From NCBI GenBank assembly GCA_964658305.1, contig OZ210885.1:9052001-9116000 (forward strand): a stretch of 64,000 nucleotides of DNA, in the 5' to 3' direction. Shown here piece after piece: positions 40,701 to 52,700 of the stretch. The first letter of the stretch is position 1. Each line of letters opens with the position of its first letter. The position numbers and the translations under genes were made by a program. Under the pieces are notes generated by a model. The model was given only the letters and a program-made list of their open reading frames with translations, was not told the DNA's origin and did no database searches. The stretch is from Leptogorgia sarmentosa. Its lineage: Eukaryota.

Positions 40701-43700
40701 GCGATTCAGTGATTTTCACATAATGGCGCCATAGGAAAATTCAGTTTGAGAATCGAGTAGATCTCGTGCGAATATCAAAGTTGGCATTTAAAAAATTCCC
40801 AATATTAGACATACATAAATGGTGTCAGCCCGTTTATTTTCTTATAAGCTAACGAGGAATCTCGAACCGTCGAGTCGCTCTTCTCTGCAATCGATAATAC
40901 CTTTGAAGTATATTTCAACCGCACGATTGTTTCACGGAACTCAATTACATCATTACTGGTTCTATTATATCGCACAACATGAAACTTCGGTCAAGCTTCG
41001 TTAATAGTTTATGGTTGTACAAAGCCAGGTTAAGGTGAAGTGATTAGTGCACTCTTTGCCAGACTTGGGTACATGTTTTCCTTTACCCGAAGATGAGTAC
41101 AGTATGGAATTCCCATGATTACGCCGGGTTTGTTTTTTTATATTCAGTCTGTAACCAAATAATACAGGTTCTGGTTGCGCGTGAAGCAATGTAAGACAAG
41201 ACAAGGGAAGGGAAGGTAAGACAACGCAAGAAGTGTGCAGGTAAGGGAAAATTACGGAGCAAGAAAGGGCAAGAAAGAACATTCCATATCAAGCTGAGGC
41301 ATACAATCCTGGACAAAAGTTGTTGCAAATCCAACTCTTTCCTCCAGAATTCAATGTTGCCACGTGAAATCGCAACAAAACATTGCAGGGCTTAAGCAAA
41401 CACGACGCGAAGTCAGCGAGAACGTGACAATGGCGTGGCATGAGAGATTTTTTACTTCCCGTTTAGACTAGGACGTCGCACATGTTCTGTTGAGGACGGC
41501 ATCTGGGCTGCTTTCACCTCCTCTCCAGAACCTGACATATGAATGCTTGTGTTCAAACATATTTTCCTTGCTAGTTCTGAATTTCATTTTGATTGACAAG
41601 CGTACGTCTAAATAACTCAACGGGTTTTAGCTGCCTTAATTCTTAGCAAACATTTTAATCGCCATAATAAAATGACGAAATTGTATACGTCGTTAATCGG
41701 TTCAATGTTAGTCGTTCTTTACCAAATGCCACATTTTAGAATAGAAAAGTTGGATGAAAACAACCTGACGTTAAAATGAACAAGTAAAAATAGAAATAGG
41801 ATGAATTTGCACCACTTGAACAGAAGAAAACAGATTTCAATCATTTTATTTGCCTTAAAAAACTGTCAATTGATACATATTCAAACACACGACAGAAAAG
41901 TTGGACTTAAATATGGATATTGATTTCGAACAGTTTTATTAAACGGAATGAAGTATTTAATTTGTAAAAATTACTTGCAGATTTGCGATTTCAAAACCGC
42001 GAAAAGACCGATAAAACTGTCTTTTCCAAAGAAACTCAATAAGTGTTACTCAAAAATCTTCAGAAAAATCTTCTAGCTCGCTTTTTGCCTAGTTTATGAC
42101 AGTTTTGCCCAGATCCTAAACCCGAAAAAGAAAAGTCGGGAAAATATTGGGAAACTTCAATATAGAAGATATTTTAACTTCAAATCACTATAGCACGAAT
42201 AAGCGTCGAACCGGGCCCTGAACTATAAAACTGCGACAGACGCATCGCATGATAATGCAAAAGTAAACTAAACTATAGGAAAACTGGATAAAATAAAGTT
42301 CATTATTTTATTACCTAGCAGTTGTGGACAGATTGAATCAGCATTCTTTTCGATAACGTGGGAAGAAAACATTAACGATGATTTGAGGAGTTGGGTTTCC
42401 TGTGACAATGTGCCCAAAAAACGAAAATCTGATACGACGGAGGGTAGGTCAATGTGTTTCACTTTTTGTTGAAGCCAGTTTAAATCGAAGAACAGTTGAA
42501 GTAGCTCGCCATGTTGTTCTGAGGAGGAGATGTGATAGGGTAGGAACTTGAAGTAATAGTCTTTTTGCGCGGTAGTTGAATTTTCATTCCATTTACCGTT
42601 CACGCATTGGCCACGAAGTGTCTCCACAAACAAACGCTGAACACCAGTTAGTGAGCCCGTGACTTTAAGTTTTCTCCGAGCAAAATCCAGCAGTAAATCA
42701 TGCACAAGGTAGCTTGTCTTCTTATGAAGTTGAGGTCCTGAAAAAAAGATTTTTGGGACGTCAAGCATCAATCAGTTACTGACATTGGTGCATTGACAAA
42801 CGATATCCAACGGGCAGTAGATTTTCGTTTCTCTAAAACTGACTAATAAATAGTAATACAAAGATAAAAACTGTTTTGCAAGTTGACTTCTGACTTAAAG
42901 GACAGTTATTCAATGCACGACTTGCGGTTTAAAGTAATTTTAATGTGAGGATTTACTAAAACATGGCTTTCACATAACTTCCTTAAATTAAAACTCGCTC
43001 GTGTACCTTTTTGAATCATGGATTTTCTTTCAAGAGAATCAAGTATACGTCTTGTTTTGATAGGTTCACACAATGTTCTACCGGCTCCTTCTGTGGACCA
43101 AAACAGCTCCAGTACATCTGAAGGTATATTTGTATCTTCTGGAAATATACCAAAATCTAGGAACTTTTCTTGTTCCGATTGTTCTAAGCGTTCAAAGCTA
43201 ATATTAATGGCTGTAACGATGTTATCATAAGGATAATCGTCGGTGGCAACCATTAAATGAAGTTCTTCCAAATCAGTAGTAAATCCATCTAAAATATCTT
43301 GCCAAGCCTGTTCCGACCGATTGCCGTTTAAATTTGAGCCAACAAGTGAGAGTGCCAGCGGCAGGCCTTTGCACTGTTTCAACAGTTCTTCAATAATTTC
43401 CTGCATTTTTGGACTAAAGGTAGGCAGTTCATCTTGCTTAATCCCAGCACTTTCAAAAAAGAGCTCTCGAGATTTATCCTGTTCCATTATATCAAGTTCG
43501 TAGACAAAACCTCTTGAACCTCGGACAACATTGACATCCCTGGTAGTTATCAATAACTGACATTTTTCAGACAAAGTATCAAACACAGCAACGTCGTTAA
43601 CATTCCAAACATCATCAAGAACTACAAGACATTCTTTACCGCTCTGCAATAGATAGAAAAATATTACATGTAAGATACTGTATGGTCTTTTTGCTGAGTG

Positions 43701-46700
43701 TCTTCACAGTAGACAGCCTGGAAATGACTTCACCGCAGTACGACTATACCTTTCAGCTTATTAAAACTTTAGAGAGTGTTTAAGGGGCGCGCCACGTACA
43801 TTATTAACTCCTATGCAAATCCGATTAAAGATATATTAAATAGTGCTTTTAATTCAAGGGTTACATAGCGGAGCCAAGAACCTCGAACAGCCAAGCGAAA
43901 CAAGGATTAAATACAGGGCGTGTCAAAAAAAATTTAGTGTAGGAAATATTCCTTAAAGTGTTACTGCAACGAATTTTTCGACCTCGTTTTTTTTGCCTTA
44001 AATAAATATTCAGGTCGAAAGATGAAATTTGGTGTATAGATGACTTTTGTACGTTCAGTGGAAGTAACTAAATTTCGCCTCCAAACTTCGATACCGGATG
44101 CGACAAAAACAGCCGCCATTTTGTCACCTTGTGACGTCACAAGTGTAACACGTTTAGCGAAGCTACTAGTAAATTGTATTGCGTTAGAGCTATACTCTGT
44201 GTTTCTCGCGCTTTTTTGGCCGGAAAAAAATATCTTTTGAAACAAAACTTGACCATAGGCATTTTAAGACAATATATTTTGCTCATGTCGAGTAACGAGT
44301 CTGGCGGAGACCCGCAATCGTGTGAAAGTTCAAGTGAAACTGCATGACCCGGTGTCGGATGGCTGGTTAATTCATGTCACATCGCACTGCTTTGCGTACG
44401 ACGATGAACCTATAGCAGAACCTGGGGAAACGAATTGTGTTCCAGAAGATCCAGATGGATTGTTGCCAGCAACTATTGAACAAAGAAGCGACGGTAGAAT
44501 AACTCTGGAACAGTGATAAGTGAAGGTTCAAGACTGTTTAGACTTTAGCCTAATTAAAATAGCCGACGTAGGCTAAATTTGAATGTATATTTTTTTGCTT
44601 TTATTTAATATTCATCTGTAATGATATATTGTTAATTTTGGTATCAATATATTGATATCAGTATAATTATTGATTCCACATTGCCGTCTCAATATCTCAG
44701 AACAAGTGTGTATGTAAAAGAGCCCAATTTTATAGGCCCTTTCTTTTGGGCTTCCTTGCCTTCTATTTATTAAATTTGTAAATACTTAAGCTGTGGCAGA
44801 ATAAATTGATTTGATTTGATAAGGCAACTAGTCACAATTCATAGCAAGTTAATACTTAGCGATTTTGCTAACTCTAGATTCATATCATAGTACGAATCTT
44901 CGAAGTGAAGGCACGAGGTCGCCGTAGCGTCAAAACCCGGGTTATGTTTACAGACAAATTTCACGCACTTATTCCGTCTCTGAGCATCTGTTTCTTCATT
45001 AGGGAATAGATGCATAGATACTCCTTTAGTTTTGCTATCATTGACGCAGCTAACTAAGTTAGGACCGCCAGCAACGCAGAGTTTTCCTCCGCGAGTAGCT
45101 TTACGTCTATTAGAAATATACGCCATGTTGACAATGTGTTACACTTGTGACGTCACACGGCATTAATATGGCGGTCGAAAATGTCGCACGGAAGTTGCCA
45201 AAAATCGCAACTTTGAAAGGCCATAAAATCCGTTTGAAAAGAGCAATTTTAATTCTGTTTGCGGTAAACATATTCGGAGAGTAAGTACTTTAAAATAAGC
45301 CAATAAAAAAGGGGTCGAAAAATTCGTTGCAGTAACACTTTAAACTAACGTGCGTTAACGAAATCTGTGAAAACGTTCAGTTAACCTATGCAGTTAACCT
45401 ATTCAGGTACATCTCGCACTGAGTTTATTTAAAAAATTTATCTTTCTTTTTTAGAGTAGGAAATGTGTTGCTGGAGAGCATTTTGAAAATAACTTGGGCA
45501 CAAAAACTAAGTTCTTCTCACGAATTTTGAGTCAATCGACTCAAAATATGGAGCATGTTGTACAAGTTATTAAAGTGTTGTGGAATTTGCTGCCCGCAGT
45601 GTTGTCACTGCGAGAACTGGATTTTGCGCTGCTTCCTGCGTGATTACCCATTAATTTAATGCATAATTGGATATTCCATTAATTTTCAATGCGAATTCCA
45701 AGGCCTTAACTACACGAATAAATTGCGTTAAATCCAGATTTCGGACATCGTGCGTTCGCCTCAGCGAGTGCGTAAGTTACAAACCTCAACGAATGTGCAT
45801 AAGTTACAAACCCATGGACAACCCAGTGGCCTCCAAGACAAGTTACGGGTAAAGTGATACCATTTTATTTAAACAACATGTAGCTAGGTACCTTTTAATA
45901 ATAATCTAAATAATATGGTAATGCTTTAACCTTAAGCCCATTTTCCACTCCATTATTTCGCCACAGCCGGCGAAAAAAAATGACAAGGATATGATGTTTT
46001 ATATTCATTTGCCACTGAAGAAATTTGTTCCACTTCTGTAGTTGTTGAAAATGTTCACTGTTGGCGCGAAAGAACGAGGAATTACTGAGATTTGTCGGTG
46101 GCAAAATTATTCGCCGGCGGCGGCCAAATACGCGAGTGGAAAACGGGCTTTACGCGAGCTTGTCCAGGAAGAATAAAAATAAGGCTTGTTTGTGGAAATT
46201 CGTTTCGAACACAAAAAATTCGAATGCATACATACTGTGTTCTTTTTAATCCAATCTTGTGCTTCACGGATAACACTGAAAGGTTTTGCTCCACCAAGAA
46301 CTTTTACTAAGATGTTAATCAGTGCTAAACAGTCAGGAGTTTCACCAACATCAAGCCATATAACTTGACGTGAAACTGAAACTTCCCATGCGACAGCCAG
46401 AGCTAAGATGGTCTTACCCAGACCCCCCATACCACGGATACCAACGACGTCACCGCTGCGACTTCCCACCACACCGACTTTACTATTTCCCTCCGCAAGC
46501 AACTTCAATATCTCGTTCACTTCTGATGGTCTTCTCACCATGTCACGAGGTAGACTGCGTAAACCATACCAGCCTAAGGTAGGAAATAAACGAGTTATGC
46601 TGGAGTACAATTGAACTCAAAAAATGTATAATAAATGCATGGAGATCATTCATTCAAAATATATCTCTTCACAAGTTTTTAAACAGTTCAACATGACTTG

Positions 46701-49700
46701 ATATACACATGCACGAAACGAACACCAAAACTACAAAATAAAACGTTGTCCTGTATTTGACATCGATTTTGGTAAAATATATCTTTCATGGTGAATAGTA
46801 CAAGAAATGTCTTAACTTTTGTTTTTCATTTCATAAACATGACTCATTCTGATACCTCAAGGATGGAAATTACAATAATACCTCTAATGCCTTTGATGGA
46901 TGGAAATTGCTGAAAACATAAGGGTACACTAGAACACAACGCATAGTACAATTGCGCTCTCTCTGTTCCATCAGTTCTCATAATTTGTATATTTGAACTC
47001 TGAATTCGAGATACATGACAATAAAAATATACGAATTCGGTATTTTCACATAAATGGGAAAATGAAACTTAAATATCTGTCATTGTCATTTAAGCACTCT
47101 CGTTGCAGTTGAGCTGGGTTGGCTCTTCACCAGCTTTTTTATTTGGTTGAGCACTGATACCGCGCAGTTCTTTTTTTCGCTTCACAGGAGGGGGAGAGTG
47201 TGTTTGGAAAATTATTCGGAGAAACATCGGATTCGCGCGAAATTTGCGATGTTTTCATATCGTATTTCTTTTGCCATTTACTCAATCCAGCATATAATTG
47301 GCGACAAACGAGAAGCTGGGTGTTCGAATCCAGAATTGGAACCAAATTTTTAATGAATTGCCTGACAGATCCAGATACTCAAAAGGTTTATTTTGCTGCA
47401 TAACATGTTTTGCATAAATACAGTTTAACTAATTTTACAGCCATAAAAACTGTAGAGTCGATGCTACATTAAGTCGCTGGTTCAGTGATAAACAATAAAT
47501 CCTTTAATAAGTAAAAATACAACTCATACAATATAAACTTTAAATATAAACAACCGCCATATTGTTCTCGTCTCTATAAAAAAAAAATGTGTTCGCACTT
47601 TTTGGCGATTACGTCACTGTCAATAATGTCCCGTATTTATCTTAAATCGTTCGCACATTTCCCCCTCCCGGAATCCCTAAGGATCCGTAATATGATCTAG
47701 TCTAGTTAACGGTCCCGAATTCCAACGGTGACAGACGTCCGATAGCGCGACGATAAACTTTACCCCCCTCCTTAACATCGACAACACGGACCATCTTATC
47801 TTTACCAGGATACACATCTTCAACCTTCCCCAACTTCCAATTTCGCCTTGCCACACCAGGGTCAATCACCAACACCACGTCACCTTTCTTAACGTTCCTT
47901 TGTTCCTCGTGCCACTTCGAGCGAGAACCAAGAGTCGTCAGATACTCCCGCATCCAACGCTGCCAGGTCTGCCGAATCAACTCTTGTACCCGTCTCCATC
48001 GTTTTTTCGGGTTAAACTGAGTGTAATCTACGCTTTCTGGGGCCAAATCTCCTCCCATTTGTCCGATGAGAAAGTGGTTGGGTGTCAGAACAGGCTCATC
48101 GTTCGGATCCCCACTTACACGAGTCAAGGGTCTAGAGTTGATTAAGCTTTCGACACCAATAATGGTAGTTTCTAACTCTTCATCATTGACTTCTGCATCT
48201 CCTAAGATTGCTTTAATTGCCCGTTTGGCTGTTTTAATCATTCGCTCAAACACTCCACCAAAATGGGGAGACGCTGGTGGATTCCAGTGCCAATTGACTC
48301 CTTTATTGGACGTAAGCGATTCCACTTTTGCTTTATCAATTTGATCCACAAGCGCTCGCAGTTCCCTGTTCCCGCCAACGAAATTAGTTCCGTTGTCGCT
48401 AACCATGTCCCGTGGCCAACCTCGTCGTGCCGCCATTCGTGTAAGGGCTTGCAGGAATCCATCTGATTCTAAGGACCAGACCATCTCAAGATGACAACAA
48501 TGTGTCTGTAAACAGAGGAACAAACACAGGTACCGTTTGATTCGTGCTCTCCCACGTCCTTGTTTGGTGAAGAATGGACCTGCGAAATCCACAGAACAGT
48601 TAGTGAATGGTTTCATCGTCATTTCTAAACGTATCTTCGGCAAAGGTGCCATCTGTTGACTGGAAGGTTTCCCTCTGAACCGTCGTTTGCATTCCGCGCA
48701 CTCTTTTATGGTACGTTTTACCAATTCTCTGCCATTAACCACCATATAGCGTTCACGAAGATGATTCAACGTAAAATTCACTCCCATTTCGTGGCCTTCG
48801 CTTTCATGATGATACTTCACTATGAGTTGGGTCACTGGGTGTCGTTTTGGCAAGATGATAGGATATTTTACATTGTCCGTCAACTCTTCCGAATAACGAA
48901 GCCGGGTATTTGAACGCATCAGTCCGTTTTTCAGAACTGGGGAAAGATTCAGGATCGTACTCTGCTTAGGTAACGGTTTTCGGTTTGTCAGGGCGTCGAA
49001 TTCTTTACTGTAAGCCTCGATCTGCGCCTCTTTAATTATTTGCTCTTCGACCCGTTTTAACTCTTGTGGTGTTAACTGTCCGTATAATCGTTCGACTGCA
49101 CTTTCCTTCGATTTCCGACAGTTTTCAATGAATCGGTGAACCCACGCTCGGATGCGGACAAAAGAGTTTCCGATTTCCACTCTTGTTGTTAAAGGATTCC
49201 GATACCACTTCGAAAAATGCGTCGGGTTCAGTCACCACCCTTCCTTCTCCTCGCCCTCCTTTCTCTTGGTTGCCATAAAGGAAGCTGTGGAATTTCTACT
49301 CTCGGGTTTCACTTCATCATACGCTTCGGATGTTGGGGTTTCGAATTTCCTTTCTGGCCATTGTTCACGCGGTCCTTGTAGGAAGTTAGGTCCGCTCCAC
49401 CAACAATCGTTGTTGTTCAGCTCGGCGACCGTCATACCCCGGGTTCCGTAGTCGGCAGGATTGGACGCTGTGGGAACATGCCGCCACTGTTGAGGATTCG
49501 AATCTTGGTGTATCTCGCCGACGCGATGTGCGACGAATGGTTTGTAATTCCTGCTTTGGCCTCGAATCCAATATCCCACAGTCATGCTGTCTATCCAAAA
49601 GTTCACCGTTCGAAGTTGCAACTCCAGTGCTTTGCACACTTGTTTGCTCAGACGAAGGCTGATGACTGCACTCATTAATTCAAGGCGTGGTATGCTGATA

Positions 49701-52700
49701 GTTTTCAATGGCGCCAACCTTGTCTTCGATGCTATCAAGCGGGAACTGAATGAACCATCCAAGTACTCATACCGCGCGTAAACCGCGGCAGAGTAAGCCT
49801 TCTCTGAAGCGTCGGAGAATGCGTGAATTTCCATGGTCGTAACAGTCGGGGCATCTTTCAAACACCGAGGGATCTTGGTCTCGTGCAGCATAACTAATTC
49901 TCCAAACCACTGTCTCCAAGCATTCTGAAGCTCGTCCGGAAGCGGTTCGTCCCAGCTCAAAGCTTGCACCCAGGCTTGTTGCATCAACAGCTTGGCACGA
50001 ACAACAAATGGTGCTAAAAACCCCATTGGGTCGAAAATGGTTGCTGTGCTCCGAAGCACATTTCTCTTCGTATATCGGTAGTCCTCGGAAGGTGGAGTGT
50101 AATGGAAGAGGAACTGATCATCGAGTGCCGTCCATGAAACCCCCAAGGTCTTAGTCACAGGCAGCTCATTCTTTTCTAGGTTGATCTCAGACGCTCGATC
50201 TCTCTCCGGAATATCTTCCAACACCTCCCGACGGTTGGAGATCCACTTTCGAACGTGGAAGTTTGCCTTGTCCCCAAGATCGGTTAACTGCTGGCGCATA
50301 TCCCTCGCTTTCGATATGGTCTCGACCGATGGCATTAGATCATCCATATAACAGTTCTTTCGTACAGCTGCCGCCGCTAATGGGTATTCGTCTCGATGAT
50401 TTTCTGCGTGTTGTTGCCAGGTGTACTGGGCGCAAAAGGGGCAGTAACATCCACCAAATATGAACCGAAGGAATTCATAAACTTCCGACTCTTTGGTCGA
50501 ATCCAGATTCCGCCATAGGAATCGATGCAGAGGTCTGTCTTCGGGACGCAGCACCAGCTGATGGTACATTTGACTAATGTCCCCTGCTAAAGCAACAGGT
50601 TCTTTTCGAAATTTGATAAGAATGTCGGTAATATCACTTTGCAGTTTCGGTCCCGTCAACGCTTCCGTATTAAGGCTTTTTCCTTCACACGTTGCTGATC
50701 CGTCGAACACGATTCTCACTTTGGTGGTTTCCTTATCTGGGCGAACCACTGGAAAATGAGGAAGCAACCACTCGCATTCTGGTTTTGGCTCGTGAGGAGG
50801 TACTTTACGGATGTAGTTCTTCGCCAAGTACTCGTTGATCACGCGTTGATAGGCAGCTGCTACTTCGGGATCTTTGGCTAATTTTCTCTCGGTCGATCTC
50901 AGTCGTTTCTTTGCCAATTCCGCGTTGTTCGGTAAACTAGGTCTTTGCTTCTTCCACGGAACTGCCACCTCATAATAACCATCCTTAAACGTCATGGACT
51001 CGCTGACCTTTTACCACGCCAGTTTTTCGTTAGGCGACATCTCAGCGGTACTCGAGTTAACAGGAGTGATATCAATACTCTCTAAATCCCAAAACCGCTT
51101 CAACATATCGTTCAAACTATGGTCTTCATCCTGTTGGCTTCCGACTGCTATACTCTCCTGACTTGTTCTGTAGGAATGATGAAAGGCGGTATGGTGCTGC
51201 TCCATCCGTGCTGTCTCCTGCACTTTCCCAACGGCCGTCCACCCCAATGGACAGAGTCTAGCTGAAGGTTGATCCGATTTTCCTGGTATTTCTTTCATGG
51301 AATACATGAGCTCGTGGTGATCCGCCCCTAAGAGAATGTCTATCGACCTTCCTGGTGCTAATCTGGGGAAGTGAATCTTGGCCAGGTGTTCCCAGTTGTG
51401 CTTCATTTTTATCCAGTTGACTGGCTTCATTCCTCCACAAATCTTCTTTGAAGTCTGTGCTCTTATCTCTGTGTCCACTCGACCATCCATACTCTCGAGT
51501 CCTATCTGGAATGTGGACGACATAAAACTAACGGTTTCGTCATTTGCAACTTTAACTTCGATCTTTGTTTTCGAACCACTCAAACCAAGAGCCTCAACGA
51601 CATCCTCATTTACGTAGGTCGTGTCGCTGCCTTCATCCAGAAGACAGTTTACGTGAATCTTCTTGTCACCGTTCTTCAAGATTACTGGTACTGTCTTCAA
51701 TGCAATGAATTTCGTATCTTGCCCTTGTGTTGCTCCATAGGACTTTGACTGTCGATCCCCCTCCGTATCATAACCGCTCCCGTTGTCTTCCTTATCACCG
51801 GCCTTGCTCTTTTCCTCCTTAGTCTCCGTCCTTGGTAAGGAAGATCTGTCTCGATGCAACAAATAATGATGACTCTCCCTGCAACCTCCGATGTTGCAGC
51901 TTTTGCTTCTCGTACATGTATTTCCCAAATGGTCGTCACCCAAACATCTATAACACAATCCAAATTTCTTTGCCAGACGCCATTTCTCATCCGCCGCCTT
52001 CGCTTTAAATGCCGAGCACCTCCAAATTGGATGAGTCTCTCCACACACTATACACTTCTTATTCCTCTTGTCGCCATCGTCAACCTGCTTGCCATGATAT
52101 GACCGTCCTCCTCTCGAATCATGTCCAGTAAATTTATCTTGACGAAGCCTCGGAAATCCATGTTTGATTTCAGCAGCTTGGACTTGATATTCCGCTTCCT
52201 GGCCAATCCAGTCTTTGAGAGTTTCCATAGATTCGTGTCGCAGGTGTTCTCGTAGCCAGCGATAATATTGTGACAACAGTCGCTCTGGTATTTTTTCTAA
52301 AATGATCGTGTACAATGTTCCTGCATCGAGGTCCGTTTGACGTCCGTTTTCTTTAAGACAGATAACCGCCCGTTCTAACACGTCTGCAAATGTCTCTAGG
52401 TCTTTTGCATTCCCTTCTTGCAATGGTTTAAGCTTTTTTAGTTCCTCTAAATGGCTTTGCACCTGTCGCCGACTTCCGCCGTATTTCCTTGCTAATCGAG
52501 CTCTTGCAGCATCATAGGCCTCCTTGGAATAACCCAGACCTTTGATGGTTTCAGCCGCTTCTCCCTCAAACATGATTCCAACCGAAGCATCTTGAATTGT
52601 GCCGTTAATGGTGCTTGGTCAACACAACTTGTGAAAGCTGCATCCCACTGCCGATATTTCATTTTGTCCCCAGTAAACACTGGAATGCGGATTCTTTCCA

